From Gammaproteobacteria bacterium (GTDB taxonomy: Bacteria > Pseudomonadota > Gammaproteobacteria > Ga0077536), in assembly GCA_963662545.2 (NCBI GenBank), contig CAXXLL010000003.1, positions 704,001-768,000 of the forward strand: 64,000 nucleotides of DNA, written 5' to 3'. Below, piece by piece: positions 39,010 through 48,098 of this stretch. The position numbers were made by a program, and so were the translations under genes. Numbering within the stretch: position 1 is the first letter of the stretch; every line of letters begins with the position of its first letter. The notes under the pieces are model-generated. The model made no database searches. It was not told where the DNA came from and saw nothing but the letters and a program-made list of their open reading frames with translations.

Positions 39010-41439
39010 TCAGGAAGAGTGCTCTCGCTGCGCGCCCATTATTTCCGCAAGTTCGATGTTCTCCGAAACGATGAGGTGTTCGCGCTCGACGAATCGGGGC
39101 TTGAAAATGTAAACCAGCAACGGCAGCACGATCAGCGCAATGACCATATTGATGAGCATGATCATCACGAGCAGCAGCCCCATCTCCGCGAGGAACTTCA
39201 GCTCCGACATGAAATACCAGGGCAGGATCCCGATGAGTACGATGGTTGCGGTAAAGAAGATGGCCTTACCCGTCGTTGTAACGGCGGCTTCGATCGCCTG
39301 TCCGTGATGCTCGCTGTCGCGAAACTCCTCGCAGATCCGGCTCAACAGGTAGATGCCGTAGTCGATACCGACGCCGATGCCGATGGACGCGATCGGAAGG
39401 CTGTTGACGTCGAGGCCGATGTCCATCAAGACCATGACCGATAAGAGCAGCACGTTCGAGAAATTAACCGGGATCAGGAGCAGGATCCCGGCCACAAACG
39501 AGCGGTAAGCAAAACTGCAGGTCAGCAGGATGACGCCGTTGAGCGCCATCAGGATCCACCACTGGTAGGTGTCCACCGTGTCGTTGACGGATTGTTGCAG
39601 GGCGATAGCGCCGGTCCCCAGGCGGATGCGAAAACGGTCCTTGTCGATCCCGATTAACTCGAGAGCGGCACGCGTGTGCATCAGCGCGGTATCGACGGTT
39701 TCCTGTTTGTTGTCCTTGTACCAGAGGGACACGGTGCCGTTTTCCATGGAGAAATCCGTCACGTGCGAATAGGACTTCGGACTCGAGCCGATCATGAGCG
39801 CGTTGACGGCGGCGTTGACCGATACGTCGTTGTAGTCGATCGGGGCCCACTTCGGATTACCGCCGCTGAACAGGCGGTTGGCCTCCGGCAGGTAATCACC
39901 GAAAGACAGGGTTGCCGAAGGCGGCGGATCCTGCGATTCGAGATACCGCTGCAATTGGATCATGGTGCCGATGGGTTCGGCCTGACGCAGGATGCGTTCG
40001 CGCTGCTCGGGGCCTCCGGATTTACCTTCGAAGACGACCTCGAGCGTCATGATGCCCGGGAAGTGGTCGTTGATGGCGCGCACGGCGGTGTTGTAGTCGG
40101 ACGCCACCTTCAACAGGTTGCTGCCCTCGACCGGGTTGCCGACCTTGATCTGCAGGGTCAAATAGAGGCCGACGGCCGCGAGGATTAGCACGACCACCGT
40201 GGTCGCGCGCGCGCGCGCGCCGTGCGACAAAGTCGAGATCATCCGCAGCAACTGGATGATGCGCGTATGCCAGGTTTTGGTCTCGGATTTGCCGATCAGC
40301 GTCGCCACGTTCTTCGGCGCCGGAAACCATGACAACAGGATCGGCGTCAGGAACAAGTTCGACGGTACCAGTATCATCGCCCAGAAACCGCAGAAGATGG
40401 CGAAGCGCTCCATCACGGGGATCGGCGCGATCATGATCAGGAACAAGCCGGCCGCGTCCGTGATGATGCCGAGCACGCCCGGCGCCATCATGACGCCCAG
40501 CGCGAGCTCGGCGGCTTTCCGCCGGTCCTTGATCTCGTAGTAGATCTCGTAGAAACGTTCGATAAACTGCACGCAGTGGCTGAAGGAGCGCGCCACCAAC
40601 AGCAGCGGCACGACCATGATCAAGGGTTCGATCGGATCGCCCAGCCAGCCGACGAAGCCGAAACCCCAGATGGCCGCTACGATACTCACCGCCAGCGGCG
40701 TGACGACGCCCGGAATATTGCGCATATAGACCACGAGCGACAGCAGTAGGGCGCTGGCCGTGATGGCGAAGATCTTCAGCATGTCGACTTCGTACTTGTA
40801 CACCCAGCCGGTCAACATGGGCTGTCCGGCGGCGTAGATTTCGTGACGCTCGTCGGACGCGTTCGCGATCATCTCCTGGATGTATTTGAAAGTTTCTCCG
40901 TAATCGAGCGAAAACTCGATGAAGGTCGCGGTGATGAGGGTCGCCGTTTCGTCTTCACTGATCAGAAAAGTGCGAACGTTGGGCGCCCTATCCACCGCCA
41001 ACCGGAATTTATTGAGTTCTTCCTCGGTTTCCGGCGCCTTGTCGCCCATCAAGGGCTTGAAATCGATGCCGTAGGGTGTCGCCTCGGCCCAGCGTGCCTT
41101 CTCGGTCGTGATCGACAGGATCTGATCGTGGTCGACGGCCGGCGTGAGATCGATGTCGCGCGTCATGTCCCAGACTTTGGCGAGGGTTTCCGCGTTGTAG
41201 ATCGTCCCGTCCTTGACCTTGACCATGATCGTAATGGTCAGGGGGTTGCCGAAGTTGGGGTGGTCTTTATAGGTCTGCACGAAGGGATGGTTCTTCGGAA
41301 AGAGGTCGGAGAAGACAGTGCGCAGTTCTACTTTAGTCAGTCCGACGGCGAAGAACGCAGTGATACCGAAAATAACCGCCGCAACAAGCACGCGATGTTT
41401 CAAGGTCAGCATCGCCAGCGTATAGCGTAAGCCCTTCAT
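39010..41439 (-). CDS. MMPL/RND family transporter
   Basis: Two halves, each with a periplasmic loop and TM bundle; ARSFSH, GIGVGIDYGIY, TTGKAIF. Confidence 0.9.
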   Translation of the reverse strand: MKGLRYTLAMLTLKHRVLVAAVIFGITAFFAVGLTKVELRTVFSDLFPKNHPFVQTYKDHPNFGNPLTITIMVKVKDGTIYNAETLAKVWDMTRDIDLTPAVDHDQILSITTEKARWAEATPYGIDFKPLMGDKAPETEEELNKFRLAVDRAPNVRTFLISEDETATLITATFIEFSLDYGETFKYIQEMIANASDERHEIYAAGQPMLTGWVYKYEVDMLKIFAITASALLLSLVVYMRNIPGVVTPLAVSIVAAIWGFGFVGWLGDPIEPLIMVVPLLLVARSFSHCVQFIERFYEIYYEIKDRRKAAELALGVMMAPGVLGIITDAAGLFLIMIAPIPVMERFAIFCGFWAMILVPSNLFLTPILLSWFPAPKNVATLIGKSETKTWHTRIIQLLRMISTLSHGARARATTVVVLILAAVGLYLTLQIKVGNPVEGSNLLKVASDYNTAVRAINDHFPGIMTLEVVFEGKSGGPEQRERILRQAEPIGTMIQLQRYLESQDPPPSATLSFGDYLPEANRLFSGGNPKWAPIDYNDVSVNAAVNALMIGSSPKSYSHVTDFSMENGTVSLWYKDNKQETVDTALMHTRAALELIGIDKDRFRIRLGTGAIALQQSVNDTVDTYQWWILMALNGVILLTCSFAYRSFVAGILLLIPVNFSNVLLLSVMVLMDIGLDVNSLPIASIGIGVGIDYGIYLLSRICEEFRDSEHHGQAIEAAVTTTGKAIFFTATIVLIGILPWYFMSELKFLAEMGLLLVMIMLINMVIALIVLPLLVYIFKPRFVEREHLIVSENIELAEIMGAQREHSS

Positions 41440-41832
41440 ATGCGCTTCCCCCGTCGCCCTGCTGCGTTCCGCCCTAAGGCCGGGCGCAGAGCGTCATTTC
41501 ATTATTCGAAAAAAACGACGCAGCTTTGCGCTGCGTTCCCTCGTGTAGGTTTTCGGCTTCTCGATGGGCCGCCGACCGCACCGGCGACCTTGCCGGAAAG
41601 GGATTATTACAAATTTGACTGCGCGCGTCAGACGCCACCGTTCGGGTATCAAAGGGTGTCTGGAGCATGCGCGAGCGCCTGAATATAGAGGCGCACCGAA
41701 AATCTGTCAACTGCTTAATTTTCATAGCAATCTTCACCTTCGCATCCGTCAAGGGTGCCTTACTAATCGCAAGGCTGCGACGCTACGATCAGGTATCATC
41801 CCGATTATCTTGCCATCGACCGCCTTCAGATC

Positions 41833-42447
41833 GTGCCCACGTCGCTGACCAATAAAAATGCCCGCACTGCGGTCAGCAACCGCAGTGAAGAGGTTCTCGA
41901 AGCGCTCGAAAAACTCATTCTTGCCGAGGGTTTCTCCCGGCTCAACGTCTCGGACATCGCCGCGCGCCTCAGTTGTTCCAAGCGCACACTGTATGAACTC
42001 GCCCCGAGCAAGAACGAACTCGTGCTGAACGTTCTCGATGGCTTCTTTCGGAGAATCAGGCACCAAGCCGCTGGCGCAACCGACAGCAAGATGGGTCCCG
42101 AGCGGCAGGTATTCGAATACCTGCAAGTCGGCGTGGTTGCCGCGGAACGGCTCAGCGCCGCCGCGCTCGCCGACATCCACCGCTGGGAACCCGCTCGCTT
42201 GATCTGGCAGGAGCACGTAAGACTCCGCGTCGAAGGCCTGCGCCGGATCATCGAAAACGGCGTCGAGGCAGGGGTCTTCAGCGAGGTCCGTCCCGCTTTC
42301 GTCGCCGAGATCGTGTTCGCCAGCATCAATCGCCTGCGCGAACCCGACTTCTATCTGTCGACGGATCTCACGATATCGGAAGCGTTTCACGAACTCTACG
42401 GGATGCTCCTGAAATCCCTCACGCACCGACCTAGTAACTCAGCTTAA
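41833..42447 (+). CDS. TetR/AcrR family regulator
   Basis: EGFSRLNVSDIAARLSCSKRTLYELAPSKNEL HTH. Confidence 0.9.
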   Translation: MPTSLTNKNARTAVSNRSEEVLEALEKLILAEGFSRLNVSDIAARLSCSKRTLYELAPSKNELVLNVLDGFFRRIRHQAAGATDSKMGPERQVFEYLQVGVVAAERLSAAALADIHRWEPARLIWQEHVRLRVEGLRRIIENGVEAGVFSEVRPAFVAEIVFASINRLREPDFYLSTDLTISEAFHELYGMLLKSLTHRPSNSA

Positions 42448-43278
42448 CTCGCGCAGTACCGAAAGCACGGTTTCAGGATGGGCGGAGTGCGGAATGGATC
42501 CGTAAAGTAAACGGCCGGCCGACGCACCCGCATCGATCGCGGCTCCACCCCAGAAACTGTCGGTAAGCCCGCCGCCCAGACGCGGTGCTTCGGCCTCGGC
42601 CGCTATCGCGTCGAGCGCCAGTTGTGGAAACAGGATCAAATCGAGGTCTAGAGCGACCGTCGGGACTGCCCCGTCTGCCCGATCGGGCAGGCTCATGGCC
42701 GTGACCCAATCGTAATGCCTGGCGGCGCTGATGATCGGTTCGTAGGCATCGATCTCGTCAGCACTCAGCGCTGCCTGCCCGCGCTTCTCGAGCAGCACCC
42801 CCGTCAACGGTCGCTCGGCCAGCGGCCGCAGAAAATTCGACATTGCGCTCGCCAAGTCATCGAGTTCGTCAAATTCAAGCGCCGCGGTGCCCTCCCCCGC
42901 ACCCAGGAGATCCGCAGGCGCGTGCAGTACGACGATGAGATCAACGTGGCCGGCGAATCGATGCACGAGTGCATCCAGCACATTGTTCACGAAATCGATA
43001 TGGGCATCGGCTCCGAATAGCTGGACCAGCTCTTCGGCGTTCGGCGCGCCGTCTCTCTCTCCCAGGGCAGGCAACAGGGGAGCACACAGGTCGATCGAAA
43101 GGCATTGGGTCGCAATGGCGCCTTGCGCCTGGATCAAGCTCGCTGCGAACCGCGAGGCATCGGCGTACCAATCGTCCGGCGAATTGGCGAAGACATGACG
43201 CGCGTACGCTTCGAATTCCACCCAGAGCAGCCGGGATCCGCCGTCGTCCAACCAGGATTTGAGCGCGGACATGGGCAC
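42439..43278 (-). CDS. Hypothetical protein, positional and size equivalent of ApcE (epsilon subunit)
   Basis: 279 aa, last gene of a five-gene carboxylase-like operon; no motif recognised. Confidence 0.55.
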   Translation of the reverse strand: MPMSALKSWLDDGGSRLLWVEFEAYARHVFANSPDDWYADASRFAASLIQAQGAIATQCLSIDLCAPLLPALGERDGAPNAEELVQLFGADAHIDFVNNVLDALVHRFAGHVDLIVVLHAPADLLGAGEGTAALEFDELDDLASAMSNFLRPLAERPLTGVLLEKRGQAALSADEIDAYEPIISAARHYDWVTAMSLPDRADGAVPTVALDLDLILFPQLALDAIAAEAEAPRLGGGLTDSFWGGAAIDAGASAGRLLYGSIPHSAHPETVLSVLRELS

Positions 43279-43304
43279 GCCTGCGATCGCCGCCTGCCGC
43301 GCGA

Positions 43305-45566
43305 CTATTTCCGGGCCTTGGCGGCTTTCTTCCTGGGTTTCGCCGCGCGCTTGCAGGCCTCGAGTTCACGCTCGAGTTCGGCGATGCGGACATCCTTGGG
43401 ATTCGGCATCATCACCGGAACGATGGCATCCGCCGGACAGGTATCGTCGCGCGAACCGCGATAGATCAGATCCCGGTCTTTCCACGACCCGTAGTAGGGA
43501 AGGTTTTTCGGCGGGTGCTCGGTTTCCCATTGCGCGACGAATTCCTCGTAAGGCTTGCCGCGCTTGATGCGTTTCTTGCGCTCGGCCTTGCGCGCTTTTT
43601 CAGTCGCCTTCAAATCGACCGCGCCGCTCTCTTCGTCGAGCACGACATGGTAGATGTTCTTCACGGTGTTCATCGAGATCAGGGCGTCGAGATACTCTTG
43701 CGAGACCGCTTCGGGTTCGCGTTCGAGCACGTCGCCGTAACCGCCGCCGGACCCTTGAGTCAGCATAAAGAGTTCGCCAGGCTGGGCGAATTCGAGCTGC
43801 ATGCCCATGTGATGGGTGGTGTACTTCGCGCCCGGAAACGGTTGATCGTTCATGATGTCTTCAATGGTGTAGCGCAGTAGATCGCGTCTGTCCTTCATCA
43901 CCTCGAACACGTTGACGCCCTTGACCTTGCACAGGGGATAACACCCGGGCGCATAGCCGCCGAAAATGCCCATCGTCGTCGGGAATTTGGAACCGATGCT
44001 GCAACACATGAAGCCCCACATGGAGCTGTCTTTCATGGTGGCGATCTGCTGGTAGCCGTGTCCGCCCCGGAACTTCCCGAACCCGTTCGCGTCCTTCATC
44101 AACTTGTTCGGCACGATCTTCATGATCGGAACTTCTTCCTCGATGAGTTCCTGTTCACCGATATCGGCCATCGGCGCAAAGATCGGCGCGATCGAATGTT
44201 CGCCGTCGCGATTCCAGCGGGCGGCGCCGCCCATGCCGTTGAGATCGGCACATACGTTCCCCACCAGTTCCCCGTACTGGTTCACGCCGCCGTAAATGAA
44301 CGTCACGATCATGTTGTACCAGCCGGCGATGATATCCGTGGCGCGGTGCCCGGCGCTGTAGAGAAATTTCGGGACGCCGATCTGCACCGCGGTAAAGCTC
44401 GGAAAAAAGGTCATCATGCTCTGCGCGTTCGGGGCCTCGGGCGAACAATGCAGGGTTGAGCGATCGTCGGTCAGCACCTTCATCGGGGCAAACACCGCCT
44501 GGTTGCGAGGCAGATCCGGCCACACGAAGCTCAAGAATTCCTGGGCGAGCATGCCCTTTAGCGACGCCAGCACCGTGTTGTTCGCGCGATTGAGAAACTC
44601 CGGTGAAGAACCGCGAAAGTCGATGGTCAATTCGTCGCCGCGCTTGTCGAGTTCGCAGCGGATCTTGATCAGGCAATTCTCGCGCAAGGTGCCGTCCGCA
44701 AACAGATTGGTGCGCACTTTGCCGTCGGGCCAGGTGGCGAGCCGCCGCCGCGTTTCCTGCTCGGTGTCGGTCATGGTTTTGCGCAGTGTGGCGATAACCG
44801 CATCGACGCCGTACTCCGTAATGATGTCGTCGATCCTCGATTTCATGCGCATGGCCGCGAACAGCTTGGACTTCATGCCCTCGAGCTGGAGCTTGGGCTC
44901 GCGCACCGAATTCTGCAGAAAGGTCATGAGGTCGCGGCGAAATTCGTAGTGCTCGCCGACGAGTATCGGCGACATCTTGAGGCCCTCGTCAAAGGGAGAT
45001 TCGGCTGCGGATGGCATGCCGCCCGGTTCACAAGCGCCGTTTTCGCCTTCGTGCACGATGGCGCCGGTGAAGCAGATCAACTGGCCCTCGTGAAACAACG
45101 GGATCATCAGACTTTGATCCGTATTATGGATATTGCCGTAACGCGCATCGTTGTGCATGAAGATGTCGCCGGGCTTGAGGCCGACGGTCGGATCGTCCCT
45201 CCAGTATTTCAGAATGAATTTCGTCGGGTGCTGGGTCAGAACCGAAAAGATCAACACCCCGCCCATGCTCGCCATCGCGAGGTCGCCGTGCATGGACCAA
45301 ACGCCGGAGATCAAATCGCCCCACTTGGCTCCGGGCGCGGCGCCCATCTGCTCGACCATGTCGAAAGATTCGTTGCACGCCGTCTGCAGCTTGTGACGCA
45401 CCAGGTTGATCTTGTCCGAATCGTCGAAATTCCCAAGCGCTTCGAGTTCCCGCTCGGAGGCCGGCACGAGGCTGTGGTCCTCCATGATTTCGGGATCAGG
45501 TCCGAGAAACAGAACGTTCTCTTCGAGAAATTTCTCGATGACTGATTTTTCTTGATCACCACCCAT
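43305..45566 (-). CDS. Hydantoinase B / acetophenone carboxylase delta-like catalytic subunit
   Basis: HNDARYGNIHNTD and IVHEGENG metal ligands, GFGKFRGG, GSGGGYGD; start ATG 45566 with GAGGT RBS. Confidence 0.88.
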   Translation of the reverse strand: MGGDQEKSVIEKFLEENVLFLGPDPEIMEDHSLVPASERELEALGNFDDSDKINLVRHKLQTACNESFDMVEQMGAAPGAKWGDLISGVWSMHGDLAMASMGGVLIFSVLTQHPTKFILKYWRDDPTVGLKPGDIFMHNDARYGNIHNTDQSLMIPLFHEGQLICFTGAIVHEGENGACEPGGMPSAAESPFDEGLKMSPILVGEHYEFRRDLMTFLQNSVREPKLQLEGMKSKLFAAMRMKSRIDDIITEYGVDAVIATLRKTMTDTEQETRRRLATWPDGKVRTNLFADGTLRENCLIKIRCELDKRGDELTIDFRGSSPEFLNRANNTVLASLKGMLAQEFLSFVWPDLPRNQAVFAPMKVLTDDRSTLHCSPEAPNAQSMMTFFPSFTAVQIGVPKFLYSAGHRATDIIAGWYNMIVTFIYGGVNQYGELVGNVCADLNGMGGAARWNRDGEHSIAPIFAPMADIGEQELIEEEVPIMKIVPNKLMKDANGFGKFRGGHGYQQIATMKDSSMWGFMCCSIGSKFPTTMGIFGGYAPGCYPLCKVKGVNVFEVMKDRRDLLRYTIEDIMNDQPFPGAKYTTHHMGMQLEFAQPGELFMLTQGSGGGYGDVLEREPEAVSQEYLDALISMNTVKNIYHVVLDEESGAVDLKATEKARKAERKKRIKRGKPYEEFVAQWETEHPPKNLPYYGSWKDRDLIYRGSRDDTCPADAIVPVMMPNPKDVRIAELERELEACKRAAKPRKKAAKARK

Positions 45567-45607
45567 GGTCGTTACCTCGAAGTCGAAATCCCAAAGTAGA
45601 AAAAAGC

Positions 45608-47734
45608 TCAGGCATCCCTGACCATGACCGCAGAGCCCATGCGGCCCATCGTCAGATTCCATCCGGGCTCGACCAGATAGGTCGTGCGCGGGGTTTCGAT
45701 CAGCGCCGGTCCGGCGAGGTGCATGCCTTCGGCCACATCACTATGGTCGTAAACCGGGGTTGGGACGGGATCGTCGAGCTGCGGAAAATAGCAGGGTCGT
45801 TCGGTACGGGCCTTTGGCTGGTCGTCGTTTGACGCGGTCGAACGTTCGAGCGTCAGTCGTTCGTGCTCGACATAGGACACTACGCGCAGCACGTTGATCC
45901 GCACCCCGGCCTCGGGCGCCTGGCTGCCTTCACCGAATCGCTGTGCATAGTTGTTGCTGAATTTATCGAGCAGCGCAATGACGTCGTGCGGTGAGCTCAA
46001 GCGGGGACTCGGGCTCATCACACTGACCTGCGCGAGCTGGTTGCCGTAACGCATGTCCATTTCGACCCGCGTTTGCACGTCCTTTGGATCCACGCCCTGG
46101 CGTACCAGATCCTCCCGTCCCCGCTCTTCGAGTTCTTCGACGGTCTGATTGAATACTGTGTAGTCCTCAAGGACGTGCCTGAAGGTCGCGTCGTAAAGCA
46201 TGAGGTAGAGTGATTTTTCATGGATATGGAGCTGGTTCATGTTGCCAGCGCCCAAGGCGGCGAAAACCGAGCTGAACGGCGGAATGAGAATCTTCGCCAC
46301 GCCGATCTCGCCCGCATATCCGCAGGCATGGATGGGCGCACCGCCGCCGTAGCTCAGAATGGTGAAATGCTGCGGGTCGTACCCCTTGACCGCGACTTCC
46401 TTGAAAATCGCAGACGCCATATTGGCATCGACTTTGCGTTTGATGGCCTTGGCCGCCTCGATCAAGGTGAGTCCGGCCGGTTTCGCGACCGTTTCTTCGA
46501 TAGCGCGCTCGGCGCGGCGGCGATTGATCTTGATCGTGCCGCCGGCGTAGTTGTCCGGATCGAGATAGCCCAGGACCAGATTCGCGTCGGTGGTCGTCGC
46601 CAGCTTGCCACCGCGCCCATAGCAGGCCGGCCCCGGATCGGAGCCCGCGCTTTCGGGACCGACTTCGACCGCATTCCATAGACCATCAAAACGGGCAATG
46701 GACCCGCCTCCCGCGCCCAGGGTATGCAGGTAGGTCATCGGTGTGCTGACCAGCCAGCGGTCGATCACCGGATTGAAATCGTAGAACTTGACGCCGTCGG
46801 CCGTCACCAGACCGATATCGAAACTGGTGCCGCCCATGTCAGTGGCGATCACGTTCGGTTCGGCGAACTGCTCGGCGAGATAGTTGGTCGCTTCCAGACC
46901 GGCGACCGGGCCGGAATGAATCGTCTGCAGTGAATGGGTGGAATTGAGCTGCGCCATGCCCGAGGTGTTGTGGACCAGGAGCATCGGCCGTGCATAACCG
47001 TTACGGCGTAAAGCGACTTCGAGCGACGACATACCGTGATACATTTGATCATGGAGGTAGGCGTCCAGGATCGCCGACATGGTGCGCGAATACTCGGCCT
47101 TGCGCCCTGCGACGCGATGCGAAAGAACGATGGGCGTGGCGCCGAGCACGTAGGTCGGGTACTCATTCAGAATAATTCGCTCGACTTCCTTTTCGTGCGC
47201 CGGATTGACCACTGCGTTGGTCAGGGCGACGACGAAGCCCTGGCAGCCCTCGTCGACGAGCTTGCGCACCTGGGCGCGCACGTCTTCTTCCTCGACGCTC
47301 AGGTTCACCGTGCCCTTGTAGTCGATACGCTCCTTGATACCGACGATCATCGTCATCGGGATCAAAGGCTTGGGACGGTCGGCGCCAGGCAGATCCATTT
47401 GCTCGGCATGGGCCAACCCATCGCCGTACCCGCGCGCGCGCATGAGAGGAACCGTGGACTCGAAACCGGCGGTCGTCACCAGGCCGATGCGGGGCCCGTT
47501 GCGCTCGATCAACGCGTTGGTACCGAGCGTTGTGGCATAACGGACCGCGTCGACCGTGCTCAATACTTGACCGATGCTGAGATTCAATTCCGCGCATGCG
47601 TTTTCAAGCGCCTCCATGAAACCGGACGCCAGATTGTGATGGGTCGTTAAGGCCTTGGCTTCGATGTATTGGCCGTCGTAGACCAGGAAGCAATCGGTGA
47701 ACGTACCGCCGATATCAACACTAACCCGCCGCAT
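45608..47734 (-). CDS. Hydantoinase A / acetophenone carboxylase gamma-like ATP-binding subunit
   Basis: DIGGTFTD, YATTLGTN, SGPVAG, DMGGTSFD, GPESAGSDPGPACYG. Confidence 0.9.
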   Translation of the reverse strand: MRRVSVDIGGTFTDCFLVYDGQYIEAKALTTHHNLASGFMEALENACAELNLSIGQVLSTVDAVRYATTLGTNALIERNGPRIGLVTTAGFESTVPLMRARGYGDGLAHAEQMDLPGADRPKPLIPMTMIVGIKERIDYKGTVNLSVEEEDVRAQVRKLVDEGCQGFVVALTNAVVNPAHEKEVERIILNEYPTYVLGATPIVLSHRVAGRKAEYSRTMSAILDAYLHDQMYHGMSSLEVALRRNGYARPMLLVHNTSGMAQLNSTHSLQTIHSGPVAGLEATNYLAEQFAEPNVIATDMGGTSFDIGLVTADGVKFYDFNPVIDRWLVSTPMTYLHTLGAGGGSIARFDGLWNAVEVGPESAGSDPGPACYGRGGKLATTTDANLVLGYLDPDNYAGGTIKINRRRAERAIEETVAKPAGLTLIEAAKAIKRKVDANMASAIFKEVAVKGYDPQHFTILSYGGGAPIHACGYAGEIGVAKILIPPFSSVFAALGAGNMNQLHIHEKSLYLMLYDATFRHVLEDYTVFNQTVEELEERGREDLVRQGVDPKDVQTRVEMDMRYGNQLAQVSVMSPSPRLSSPHDVIALLDKFSNNYAQRFGEGSQAPEAGVRINVLRVVSYVEHERLTLERSTASNDDQPKARTERPCYFPQLDDPVPTPVYDHSDVAEGMHLAGPALIETPRTTYLVEPGWNLTMGRMGSAVMVRDA

Positions 47735-48098
47735 CGGACGCTCTCTCCCCGCTCAAGTGTGTTTCCTTGAGCTTGTCGATATCGAGTTCAATATCATTGG
47801 TTAAAGGATGGCCCGGTGGCAGGTACTCGTTTTCCACCATCGTGCCGCATGCCGGGCAATAGAACTCGACGATCCGACACCATTCGGGATCGGGTGCGTA
47901 GGTGTAGTCGTATTTATCCGCGTCGAGGATCGGCCGGTGAATTTCCCGTGGATCGCGGTCGTATACCAACAGCCCCTCTTTATAAGGCGAACGCGCGGGC
48001 CCGATATCGTGGCCGCAACGACGGCACAACCAACGCTCGGCTTCGAGCTCGATTTCTAGATATTCAGTTATTGCAATGGTCTTTCCAGCCATGGTCAT
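47721..48098 (-). CDS. Acetone carboxylase gamma / ApcB-like small Zn subunit
   Basis: CRRC..YKEG..EFYCPACGTMVENEYLPPGHP. Confidence 0.9.
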   Translation of the reverse strand: MTMAGKTIAITEYLEIELEAERWLCRRCGHDIGPARSPYKEGLLVYDRDPREIHRPILDADKYDYTYAPDPEWCRIVEFYCPACGTMVENEYLPPGHPLTNDIELDIDKLKETHLSGERASDAAG

